Origin: Acaryochloris marina S15
GTDB taxonomy: Bacteria > Cyanobacteriota > Cyanobacteriia > Thermosynechococcales > Thermosynechococcaceae
Reading direction: 5' to 3'
DNA: 32,000 nt
NCBI RefSeq assembly: GCF_018336915.1
Contig: NZ_CP064921.1
Span: 1-32,000, forward strand
The notes under the pieces were generated by a model, which saw only the letters and a program-made list of their open reading frames with translations, was not told the DNA's origin and searched no databases. Below are positions 9,563 to 17,398 of the stretch, one piece after another. Position 1 is the first letter of the stretch; every line of letters begins with the position of its first letter. Both the position numbers and the translations under genes were made by a program.

Positions 9563-9590
9563 AGTCTGATTTAAACTGAGAAATCAGACT
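9563..9590. other. perfect 10-bp stem / 8-nt loop hairpin between the giant ORF and the membrane-protein gene
   Basis: The arms are AGTCTGATTT and AAATCAGACT around the loop aaactgag. A 14-bp palindrome TGGGGTTAACCCCA follows at 9611-9624. There is no clear U-tract on either strand. Confidence 0.5.
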
Positions 9591-9820
9591 GCGCTTTAGG
9601 AATGAAGATGTGGGGTTAACCCCAGGGCTATTTCATTCAAAATTGAGCGATGATGTGCCGGTTGCTGAACTTCAAAGAAAGCGTAAATAATTGCAATTTA
9701 ATTCTTGTTAAGCCAAAACCTAGACTTTTATTGAAAATGATGTTTGAATTCATCAATTAGAAAAGTGTTGATAGCATTATTTACGCTTACAGCAGGGAAC
9801 AAGTTATAGCTAAGTCTAAC

Positions 9821-9843
9821 CATGGGATAAAACCCGAAATGAG
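9821..9843 (+). repeat. copy A of a 23-26 nt repeat CATGGGATAAA(A/G)CCCGAAATGAG
   Basis: It matches 18466-18488 at 22 of 23 positions in the same orientation, and it is related to 17373-17398. It lies 7 nt beyond the stop codon of the giant ORF. On the minus strand it reads CCCGctcatttCGGGTTTTAT, a weak terminator-like shape. Confidence 0.7.
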
Positions 9844-9850
9844 CGGGCAA

Positions 9851-12800
9851 TTAAATTAGCCAATCTACTGATTCAAAGCTACGACGCTCAACATCTAACA
9901 AATTTGAGTCTGTATGGTGAAGTCGCCAATCCTGCAAGATGTAATAAATTCGCTCGTTGTAATTGACCCAGTCATCTGCATACGTATCTGTCAAAGACTC
10001 TGGACCCGGGCTATTTCCCCCGCCTAAGTCATGATATTTTATGAGATCGTCTTTGATTCGTTCATCCCCAATAGCAAAATAGTCAACTAAATAGTTAGTG
10101 TACTGAGCTACAGTTGGATCATGCTCTGGAACATTGAATGCCACACTGCTAGAGCGTCCAGGATACTCTACTTTGATTGCTTCATTTGCTCTATCAGTAC
10201 CTAAGTTTCCAGAAAAAAGATTAACGACATCACCATACCAGGGGATTTCTGTAAGGATGTCGTCAAGCGTTTCGTCTATGAGGAGCTGTTCATGCTGAAC
10301 CAAGTTGTAGTTCCCTACTAGCGTTAGTTCCTGCTTTCTCTGCAAATTAGTCTCAAATCGTGCTTCATACCAAGCTTCAAAGCCATCTGAAAATTTTTGT
10401 TGGTCTGGATCTAACTGTTCAAGAAATGTTTGTAGTTTTTCTGTATTAGGTGTGGCGTCACCTATAAATTCTTCGTAGAAAGCAGCCAATTTTGGAGCTA
10501 GTTCTTCAAATAATAAAAGGTTCCCCTCTGCTATTTTTGTTCGCTGTGGACCTGTTGCCCCATTTGTAATGACAAGAGGTACCCCTCCTTCATTACGAAT
10601 GACTTTACCGACGGCATCAGATGCCCAAACACCCCAATGTGCCCAATTAGCGCCTGAGTTCTCTCCTAGGAATTCGTCTAGCCGGACAGCAATCTCAGCG
10701 TAGGTTGCGGTGATCAGTTGGTTCCGGACACCTGTATTAGTCTCAGGGAGATGAGTAATTAAATCGACTGCTCCAGATAAATCAGATGTGTGTCTCAAAC
10801 CTGCAGCAGCAAGGGCTTGTAATCCCTCAGATGGTATCGAGTTCTCATCTGAGATGTTGGTGCCAGAGATATCCGCATCGCCACTCATGATAAAGGCATA
10901 TGCAGCGGCTGGATCATCTGCAAAGACTTGCCTGTCTAAAAGTGATTGATTTAAGTCAGCAAAGTTCAAGCTCCCATCTGGTAGATCATAGCGACCACTT
11001 GTCGTTTCGATTTGCTGGTAGAAATTGCGATCGTCTAGCAGATATTGAGCTGCATCCCTCAAATCTTCAGCATAAACGTAATAACCAGTGGAATACTTTG
11101 CACTGACAACAGCGTTTAGATCATCGGTCGAAATTGAACTATCAGGATTCTTGTGTTGTTTCGCAATATCGAGTTTATCAGCGTTGTTATAGATGGTTCG
11201 TAGATGCTGGTTTTGTGTCAAGAAAACATTGATTTCATCAATATCGAACTTAGAGTCTTCTCTGAGATCTCCAACAGCGCTGGCATCTCCATTGATTCTG
11301 AAGGCTTTCGCGAAGGAATCACTATCGTTTGCAACTTCCATGCGGGCAAACAGGATCGGATTATCAACGAGATACTGGGCAGCTTGCTGTAGCTCAGCAT
11401 CAAAACTTTCGTCTGGATCAGCAATGATTTCAAGATCGGCCATACCAATGACGCTATCGATGTCTCCCTTACCCGCTGCAACATCAAAGACATCAGCGTT
11501 ATTGCGAATCACGTCGAATGCTCGCATCGGAGTCATTGCCTGTTCATTTGACAAAGCGAGTGGAATAGGTTTTTCGCTTGTCGTTGGCGGTTGGGTTGAT
11601 GACGGTTGAGAGACTGGTGTTAGAGACTGAGGTTCTGGAGAGGAATCAGGCAGATGTGCCGTATCCTCTAGTATTGGTGTCAGAGATTGAGGCTCTGGAG
11701 AGGAGTTAGGCAGATGTGCTGTATCATCAGGAGCTGGAGACTGAGGCTGACCGCTGGCCGTCGTTAAATTTAACCGATAAGATGTGCTTTCAGAGCCAGC
11801 TTCGGTAATTCGTACATAGTACTCCCCGGCCTCTAGCGTTTCTTGAATACGGTTGTTGGTGACTGTGTCTGCAGATCCGATTGTTCTACCCTTGCTGTCA
11901 AGCAAAGCGAGTTTCAGATCACTCTTCACATCAGGACCGCCAACATAAAGTTCAACCTCTTCAGGTTGCTCTAGGTTGAACTTGTAGACATCTTGCCGAT
12001 CAAATTCATATCGCGATCTCTGATAGCCTAAGCTATCAGAAATATTGGAACCACCATTTTCAAGTGATATCTGCGTCGCCGTCGAAAGAGCATCATTGGG
12101 ACGGGTCGAATCTTCTGGATCTTCGAGATGATGCCAATCTAAGGCTGACCAAGATTGAGCATCAACAACGCTCTCAAATCCAAGGCCATGTCCGTGATGG
12201 AAACGGCTAACAGCATCCGCAGTCTCTTTTCCAAAGTCTCCATCGGCCCCTCCCAGCGGTAGCTCATAGCCTAGATCAAGTAGTCTTTCCTGTAGCTCCT
12301 GTACTTTTGTCCCACTATCGCCAATTTGTAGTGTGCCCCCGTCATCAGAACTTTCTGGTGCTGATGACGGGGGAGCAGCAGGAATAGAGGCAGAACTCGC
12401 TTCACCAGGCCCCTGAGCCTCAAAACTGAATGAGGCTGCCCACGTTTGAGGTCCAACAATTCCATTATTTTCTAGTTCTGGATAAAGTTCCTGAAACGCC
12501 TGGGCAACTCCACGGCTTTGAGGTCCGAACTCACCATCAACAGCAATATCCCAACCCAAGTTCTGCATTTTCTGCTGCCAAAGCTGCACATTTGGGTCGT
12601 AGCTCAGAGAGTCGCCAGACTCGTATTCAAGTCTGTAGCCTGGGTACTCAGAGGAGGGTAGTGGACCTGGGGCTGTGACTGGTGGTACATCGCTTCCTCC
12701 TGTAGGTAGTTCTGAACCAGCTTCCCAGCCATTATCTTGCCACTGCTGAATCCGTTGTTCAGAGGCTTCAAAGTGCCCTGGATCTTCAAAGTTTCCAAAT

Positions 12801-15800
12801 CTGGCCCCCCAGACATAACCTTTTTCATGAAAGTAGGGCGCGAGTTCAACGAGACCTCTATTGGTTAAACTATCTTCAGCGAAATCAAATGCTCCGCCAA
12901 AATTAAGGTCAATTGCTGTCCCCCAAGAGTGGTTAGAAATCGTTCCTGGTCTTTCATGGCCAGAGCTGTTTTTCTTAGGACGTATGTTTAACAAGCCACT
13001 GAGCTGTATTTGCTCATAGAGTGCGGGTTTTTCTGCTTTAACTTTGGCGAAAATCTCCTGCAAATCATCAAGCATTGGTCTGAGACCCGGCACCGTAAAA
13101 GGGCCTACATTTCGACTTTCAATTAGATTCTGATACTCAGGGGTAGCTCCGCCTATATTGGGGTTACCGATGGTAGCCAGCATAAAGTCTGTGTCTGGGG
13201 TTGATAATCCCGGACTGATAGTTGTTTTGTTCGGAATGGAGACTAATTCAAGATAATTTGGCTCACCGCCTGCAGGTGGAGTGATGGGAGTAGCTAGCGG
13301 TTCAGTATTTAGATCACTCGGTCCTCTCGCATCCAAAGCAAAGGACGCTGCCCACGTCTGAGGTCCAACAATTCCATCATTCTCTAGGTCCGAGTATAGC
13401 TCCTGGAAAACTTGGGCAATAGCTTGACTTTGAGGCCCGAACTCACCATCAACAGTAATGTCCCAACCCAAGTTCTGCATTTTCTGCTGCCAAAGCTGCA
13501 CATTTGGGTCGTAGCTCAGAGAGTCACCAGACTCGTACTCAAGGATGTAGCCTGGGTATTCAGACAAGGGCAATGCAGGTAGATTTGGCTGATCTGGTGG
13601 AGCGGCTTGATCACCCTCAAGACCTTGGATTTGGTTGAGAGCTGTTGTTTGTCCAGTACTACGCTGGCTTTCGTACAGCTCATTTAATTGCCCCGGAGAG
13701 CGATCATAAGTCAGTTGAAAATGAGGCTGGTCTACAAAATTATTGAAATCGCCTCCCCATTCAAGCCCCTCACTCTTACCGATTTCAGCAATTTGACTCC
13801 AATAATCACCGCCGTAGTTTGCCTGTCCATCTTTGATCTCAACGACATCAACCGCTAATCCATAGTTGTGATAACTTTCGCCTCCTTCTGCATTAGTGAC
13901 GATACCCCCAGCATTCCCGTTGCGGCCCTGTTGATAGAGCTGATCTTGCTCTTCAAATGTTCTGAATGCGTCTGTGACTCTTAGTTCTATTCCTAGCTCA
14001 GCATCCACCCGGTTTATGAACCGAATGACTTCATCCTGCATGGTGGGATGAAGAGTTGTAATTCTCTCTTGGGTCACATCATCCCAGATTGCACTAATCG
14101 AGTCGTAATTGTTGGTAGCATCTGGAACTGGAGCGGCACCTCCGCCATTGCTAGTTGTGTCATCAAACAGGTCAGCACTAGGTAAAAAGTCCCTAACCCG
14201 ATTGGCCGCTTCTCTGGGGGTGATGGCACCATCTTTGTTAATGTCTAAACCTGCGTTGCCGTTGTAGGGTGAATCCCCCTTAGTTATGATTGGCCGATCG
14301 GGATCTTGACCTACTGCTGCAGGCCATAGCACTGCCATGTAGGTATCCTCTAGCGTGTTGAGCTGACTGCTCATCGCGAAATGCTTCTCGACGTAATCTA
14401 ACTGCTCAATAGCAGACATCTGTGCTAATTCAGCAGTGGTTGTCCCCAAACCTTGGGCAGTCTCTGGCATGAACTGAATGAGTCCAGTTGCGCCACTACC
14501 GTAAGCGTTAGGAATGCTGGGGCTATAAGTCTCGGCTGTTTCAAATCCCATGACGGCCATTAGATACTCGGGAACAGCATTCAAACGACCAGAGATTTCT
14601 ACAACTTTGTCTAGAAAAGCTTGATTAACGTCAGGGATATAGGTCCCATACTCAATGTCACTCGTCACAGTTGGCTCTGATGCAGTTGGAGACTGATCTG
14701 TCGGCTCGTCCTCCTCCACTGTGCCAGGAATGTAGATTACCTCACCAGCAAGCAGACTATTCGCTTCTGTTTCTGAGAATGTTGTACCATCTTCTCTTTG
14801 AAATTCTATCCAGCGGTGACCATCTCCAAATTCTCGCTGAGCAATATCCCAAAAAGTGTCGCCACTTACTAAGGTGTATGGATTAAATTCATCAGATTGC
14901 GCAGGTGGAGATGTTAGCTCAATAACTGTTTCGACTGGAGAGTCTGCAGCGGTTAGTTGTTCTCCGGGAATGTAGAGAATTTGACCAATTTGCAGGCTCT
15001 TAGCCTCTGCTTCTGTAAATTTTGTGCCATCTTCATTCTCAAGCTCGGTCCAGCGGGCTCCATCTCCAAGCTGACGCTCTGCAATCGCCCACAATGTATC
15101 ACCGGTTTGAAGTTCATAGGATGTACGACTATCACTTTGCTCAACGGAGAGTGAAGTGTGTATTGGTTGGGTCTGACCTTCAACTCTTAAAATCAACGTT
15201 GAATGATCGTCTTCATATTTGAGTCTCAGTAGGTCAGCATCAGCAATTTCTTTCCCTCGAGCCAGCCTTGAAAAAATTGCCCCTTCATCACCCGCAGAGT
15301 CAATTGCATTGAGCTTTTGGTCAAAATAATGGCCTGCTTCTTCAAGCAGAACAGCATCTAACGCTTCTGTATTATCTGAACTTTGAGCAAGTAGCTGATC
15401 CGAGACAAAAATAGTGTTGTCGCCAAAGGCACCCTCACCCTTTAGATCTGCTGCTGCTACAACTTTAATCTCCGGTCCCCCGTCTCCTGAAACAAAATCA
15501 CTAACTAGCTCTTTTGCTTCAGAGACCTCAATATCATCTCCAAACGCCGTCTCAAATGTCTTAAGGAAATCTGGATTCTCGCTCAAGTTCACTAGATTCT
15601 CTTGCAGTCTCAACTCCGCTGCTTCTAGTACAGTGGCTTCCTGACTTGTTGACGAGTCATCGACATACCCCAAACTGCTGTTAATGCCTCCAACCCACGA
15701 GTCAAGACCTTCTGACACCGACCCTAATTGCTTCTTGACGCTTGCTAGCAATTGACTGTTGCCAATATCAGTGGCTAGCTCACCCAGACCGTCAACGAAC

Positions 15801-16306
15801 GCTCTAGCCTGATGATTGAGTTCATTATGAATACCATTGCTCGGATCGTTCCAGCTCCCTGCCGTCGTAGCAACCCAGTTGCGTATAGTTTCACCAATAC
15901 CTTCAGCGGTATCCTTGGCCAAGAGCCTGCTCGACCCTGCGGCTTGTTCGATAAATACAGAACTATGCGTAATTAGCCCTGCGCTTGTTCTGACTGCAGT
16001 ATCAACGATTGGAATGTCTGTAAGAACCCTATCCATCCAAGAGTTGACGGACTCTGGCTCATTGAGAACGGGTTGCATAGGCGAGCTAAGACTATTCTCA
16101 AACTGACCTTTTCCCTGATCTTGCAGTCCGGTATCCCAATTCATGCTTGATAAATCGGGAAGATCGGGCATTGCCTGCGGTCCCTGGCCAAGATCTGTAA
16201 ATAGGTTCTGGCTAGGCCCAAACGAATTACGAGGGGATAAAGGATCTAAGCCAGCGTGGGTTAAAGTACTCTCTGAGACACCATTGGTATCAACATCAAA
16301 ACTCAT
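9851..16306 (-). CDS. giant multidomain peptidoglycan-hydrolase protein (2151 aa from the ATG; the track ORF adds 2 codons from a TTG)
   Basis: It is a single uninterrupted ORF. A GAGGA RBS (16313-16317) lies 6 nt upstream of the ATG at 16306. The domain order, read from motifs, is listed in the sub-features below. There is no N-terminal signal peptide (MSFDVDTNGVSESTLTHAGLDPLSPRNSF...). Confidence 0.9.
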   Translation of the reverse strand: MSFDVDTNGVSESTLTHAGLDPLSPRNSFGPSQNLFTDLGQGPQAMPDLPDLSSMNWDTGLQDQGKGQFENSLSSPMQPVLNEPESVNSWMDRVLTDIPIVDTAVRTSAGLITHSSVFIEQAAGSSRLLAKDTAEGIGETIRNWVATTAGSWNDPSNGIHNELNHQARAFVDGLGELATDIGNSQLLASVKKQLGSVSEGLDSWVGGINSSLGYVDDSSTSQEATVLEAAELRLQENLVNLSENPDFLKTFETAFGDDIEVSEAKELVSDFVSGDGGPEIKVVAAADLKGEGAFGDNTIFVSDQLLAQSSDNTEALDAVLLEEAGHYFDQKLNAIDSAGDEGAIFSRLARGKEIADADLLRLKYEDDHSTLILRVEGQTQPIHTSLSVEQSDSRTSYELQTGDTLWAIAERQLGDGARWTELENEDGTKFTEAEAKSLQIGQILYIPGEQLTAADSPVETVIELTSPPAQSDEFNPYTLVSGDTFWDIAQREFGDGHRWIEFQREDGTTFSETEANSLLAGEVIYIPGTVEEDEPTDQSPTASEPTVTSDIEYGTYIPDVNQAFLDKVVEISGRLNAVPEYLMAVMGFETAETYSPSIPNAYGSGATGLIQFMPETAQGLGTTTAELAQMSAIEQLDYVEKHFAMSSQLNTLEDTYMAVLWPAAVGQDPDRPIITKGDSPYNGNAGLDINKDGAITPREAANRVRDFLPSADLFDDTTSNGGGAAPVPDATNNYDSISAIWDDVTQERITTLHPTMQDEVIRFINRVDAELGIELRVTDAFRTFEEQDQLYQQGRNGNAGGIVTNAEGGESYHNYGLAVDVVEIKDGQANYGGDYWSQIAEIGKSEGLEWGGDFNNFVDQPHFQLTYDRSPGQLNELYESQRSTGQTTALNQIQGLEGDQAAPPDQPNLPALPLSEYPGYILEYESGDSLSYDPNVQLWQQKMQNLGWDITVDGEFGPQSQAIAQVFQELYSDLENDGIVGPQTWAASFALDARGPSDLNTEPLATPITPPAGGEPNYLELVSIPNKTTISPGLSTPDTDFMLATIGNPNIGGATPEYQNLIESRNVGPFTVPGLRPMLDDLQEIFAKVKAEKPALYEQIQLSGLLNIRPKKNSSGHERPGTISNHSWGTAIDLNFGGAFDFAEDSLTNRGLVELAPYFHEKGYVWGARFGNFEDPGHFEASEQRIQQWQDNGWEAGSELPTGGSDVPPVTAPGPLPSSEYPGYRLEYESGDSLSYDPNVQLWQQKMQNLGWDIAVDGEFGPQSRGVAQAFQELYPELENNGIVGPQTWAASFSFEAQGPGEASSASIPAAPPSSAPESSDDGGTLQIGDSGTKVQELQERLLDLGYELPLGGADGDFGKETADAVSRFHHGHGLGFESVVDAQSWSALDWHHLEDPEDSTRPNDALSTATQISLENGGSNISDSLGYQRSRYEFDRQDVYKFNLEQPEEVELYVGGPDVKSDLKLALLDSKGRTIGSADTVTNNRIQETLEAGEYYVRITEAGSESTSYRLNLTTASGQPQSPAPDDTAHLPNSSPEPQSLTPILEDTAHLPDSSPEPQSLTPVSQPSSTQPPTTSEKPIPLALSNEQAMTPMRAFDVIRNNADVFDVAAGKGDIDSVIGMADLEIIADPDESFDAELQQAAQYLVDNPILFARMEVANDSDSFAKAFRINGDASAVGDLREDSKFDIDEINVFLTQNQHLRTIYNNADKLDIAKQHKNPDSSISTDDLNAVVSAKYSTGYYVYAEDLRDAAQYLLDDRNFYQQIETTSGRYDLPDGSLNFADLNQSLLDRQVFADDPAAAYAFIMSGDADISGTNISDENSIPSEGLQALAAAGLRHTSDLSGAVDLITHLPETNTGVRNQLITATYAEIAVRLDEFLGENSGANWAHWGVWASDAVGKVIRNEGGVPLVITNGATGPQRTKIAEGNLLLFEELAPKLAAFYEEFIGDATPNTEKLQTFLEQLDPDQQKFSDGFEAWYEARFETNLQRKQELTLVGNYNLVQHEQLLIDETLDDILTEIPWYGDVVNLFSGNLGTDRANEAIKVEYPGRSSSVAFNVPEHDPTVAQYTNYLVDYFAIGDERIKDDLIKYHDLGGGNSPGPESLTDTYADDWVNYNERIYYILQDWRLHHTDSNLLDVERRSFESVDWLI
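9854..11572 (-). other. C-terminal ~570 aa of the giant ORF, unassigned (internal ~105-aa duplication plus ~320-aa terminal domain)
   Basis: NNADVFDVA (aa 1604) and NNADKLDIA (aa 1709) recur, as do AAQYLVDN (aa 1644) and AAQYLLDD (aa 1754). The terminal part contains NQLITATYAEIAVRLDEFLGENSGANWAHWGVWASDAVGKVIR. I cannot name a family for it. Confidence 0.5.
11606..11725 (-). repeat. 2 x 60-bp tandem repeat encoding DTAHLP(N/D)SSPEPQSLTP(ILE/VSQ)
   Basis: Two adjacent 20-aa units (aa 1530-1549 and 1550-1569), visible in the DNA as two near-identical 60-nt units. Confidence 0.85.
11762..12103 (-). other. PPC (pre-peptidase C-terminal)-like beta-sandwich (aa ~1404-1517)
   Basis: DRQDVYKFNLEQPEEVELYVGGPDVKSDLKLALLDSKGRTIGSAD...LEAGEYYVRITEAGSESTSYRLNL follows the D-x-Y-x-F ... 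DLDL ... AG-YY-V ... Y-L pattern. Confidence 0.6.
12140..12334 (-). other. PG_binding_1 module 3 (aa ~1327-1391)
   Basis: LQIGDSGTKVQELQERLLDLGYELPLGGADGDFGKETADAVSRFHHGHGL. Confidence 0.7.
12425..12658 (-). repeat. PG_binding_1 module 2, near-duplicate of module 1
   Basis: By my manual alignment, 66 of 78 aa are identical to module 1. A 65-nt stretch is identical at the DNA level (12549-12613 vs 13461-13525). Confidence 0.85.
12758..13135 (-). other. LAS/M15 zinc peptidase domain 2 (VanY / D,D-carboxypeptidase-like, aa ~1060-1185)
   Basis: SNHSWGTAIDLNF (His-x6-Asp) and FEDPGHFEAS (the third His). The sequence is clearly different from domain 1. Confidence 0.7.
13337..13567 (-). other. PG_binding_1 module 1 (aa ~916-992)
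   Basis: NVQLWQQKMQNLGWDITVDGEFGPQSQAIAQVFQEL...DGIVGPQTWAA. Confidence 0.8.
13709..14080 (-). other. LAS/M15 zinc peptidase domain 1 (CwlK / L-Ala-D-Glu peptidase-like, aa ~745-868)
   Basis: LRVTDAFRTFEEQDQLYQQGR, then SYHNYGLAVDV (His-x6-Asp) and FVDQPHFQL (the third ligand His). The H/D/H set is intact. Confidence 0.75.
14183..14647 (-). other. SLT-type lytic transglycosylase domain (aa ~556-710)
   Basis: LMAVMGFETAETYS carries the candidate catalytic Glu, followed by SGATGLIQFMPETAQGLG, the signature shared with phage/SLT transglycosylases. Confidence 0.7.
14726..14881 (-). other. LysM module 2 of the giant ORF (aa ~478-529)
   Basis: YTLVSGDTFWDIAQREFGDGHRWIEFQREDGTTFSETEANSLLAGEVIYIPG. 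Confidence 0.8.
14966..15121 (-). other. LysM module 1 of the giant ORF (aa ~398-449)
   Basis: YELQTGDTLWAIAERQLGDGARWTELENEDGTKFTEAEAKSLQIGQILYIPG. Confidence 0.8.
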
Positions 16307-16390
16307 AATCAATCCTCACTAGAGTACTGGATTCTTTAACTGACTTAACCATCTGCTTTGAGGCACGGCTATCAAAGCTCAATCCAAGAA

Positions 16391-16420
16391 ATTATCAGGG
16401 GTGGTTAGCCAAGTTGATAA
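16391..16420 (-). promoter_or_regulatory. candidate sigma70-type promoter for the giant ORF
   Basis: The minus strand reads TTATCA, a 17-18 nt spacer, then (T)GATAAT, about 85-115 nt upstream of the ATG. This rests on a pattern match only. Confidence 0.25.
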
Positions 16421-16866
16421 GAATCGCTATATTTTCAGCTAGAGCAAGACTAGAAAAACAGATGACTTGCAAAATACTGTAACAGTGCCAACAGCAAACC
16501 CTAGTCGTTTTGGAAGCTGTATTTTAGTCATTATTTTCTCCATGTATAAGCGATGGGAATGCAGTGTAATTCAAGGGGATCAAGACTGTTCAATGAGTTA
16601 TAGACCAGAAACAATCTTGTGCCGATTGCAAAAGCCAAATAAATGCTTGAATCCAATAAAAAAGTATTGATTGATACAAAAAATCATTGATATTCTGACT
16701 TGGCTTATCTATTCAGCCAAATTCCGTTATTTGCTTTTAGCCTCATGGAATTGAACTTACAAAAAAAGGTTCGGCATTTCAATCGAATATTATGGAAGTA
16801 AATAGATAATTTAGTAGAATTTTTGTGAATAGAAGTAGAAATAAATGGAACAAAGTAGAACTTTAC

Positions 16867-17163
16867 CACCTGTAAATGATTCCGAGTTTTCTTACTCTGC
16901 AATGATTTGAGGAACCATAGCTGTTGCCATTGACCATTTAGTTCTACGGTTCTCAGTACAGCTAAGGTGTGACTTTCTCGTTTAGACCAGCTCATCCCCT
17001 TCTTCTTCTGGCAAAACTTGCTAGTAAGACATTGTCGTAGTCATCAATGAGTACAATTTTGGCTTTGACAAAAAGAGATTATTTCCAATCTGAGTGGAGT
17101 AAAGTCACTGTAAAATCTCTAAAACTCAGGCAGGGAAAGTTAACCCGGAATCATTTACAGGTG
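16867..17163. repeat. foldback / MITE-like element (297 bp) with 18-bp perfect termini
   Basis: CACCTGTAAATGATTCCG (16867-16884) pairs with CGGAATCATTTACAGGTG (17146-17163). Weaker similarity continues inward: both arms encode ...SWSK...KSL..K.TRNHLQV in opposite orientation. Confidence 0.7.
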
Positions 17164-17372
17164 AGCTTTGATTGAGGTCCCCGACTACAAATATGCAAGT
17201 GGGGCAAGACAAATGTCTCAAACTTCTCAAGAATTAAGAATCTTGGAATCCATCTATGGGTCTGAGTTTGAAGCATTTGCACTTCTAAAGAACAACAAAC
17301 TAAAAGGCCGGAGTCATTTTAGTTTGTGCAAGTGGAATGCTATGTAGAGAAAGGATTTTAGACAAATTCACT

Positions 17373-17398
17373 CATGGAATAAAAACCCAAATGAGTTG
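17373..17398 (+). repeat. copy B of the CATGG(G/A)ATAAA..CCC(G/A)AAATGAGTTG repeat
   Basis: CATGGAATAAAAACCCAAATGAGTTG compared with copy C CATGGGATAAAGCCCGAAATGAGTTG. The differences are one 1-nt indel and 2-3 substitutions, depending on where the gap is placed. Confidence 0.6.

Noticed and set aside
10900-16106. Many 60-140 aa ORFs antisense to or overlapping the giant ORF (e.g. 11193..11609, 12430..12678, 15837..16106), and similar ones inside other genes (2477..3623, 3949..4610, 5388..5924, 22376..22762, 27726..28365, 28882..29604)
   Set aside because: They lie entirely within long ORFs that have recognisable domains in another frame. Their compositions are low-complexity or biased, and they lack ribosome-binding sites. 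They are shadow ORFs.
16467-16995. Track ORFs 16467..16670 (+) and 16705..16995 (-) as protein-coding genes
   Set aside because: They are AT-rich with Lys/Phe/Ile-biased products. The N-terminal third of 16705..16995 is simply one arm of the foldback repeat, and the rest has no recognisable features.
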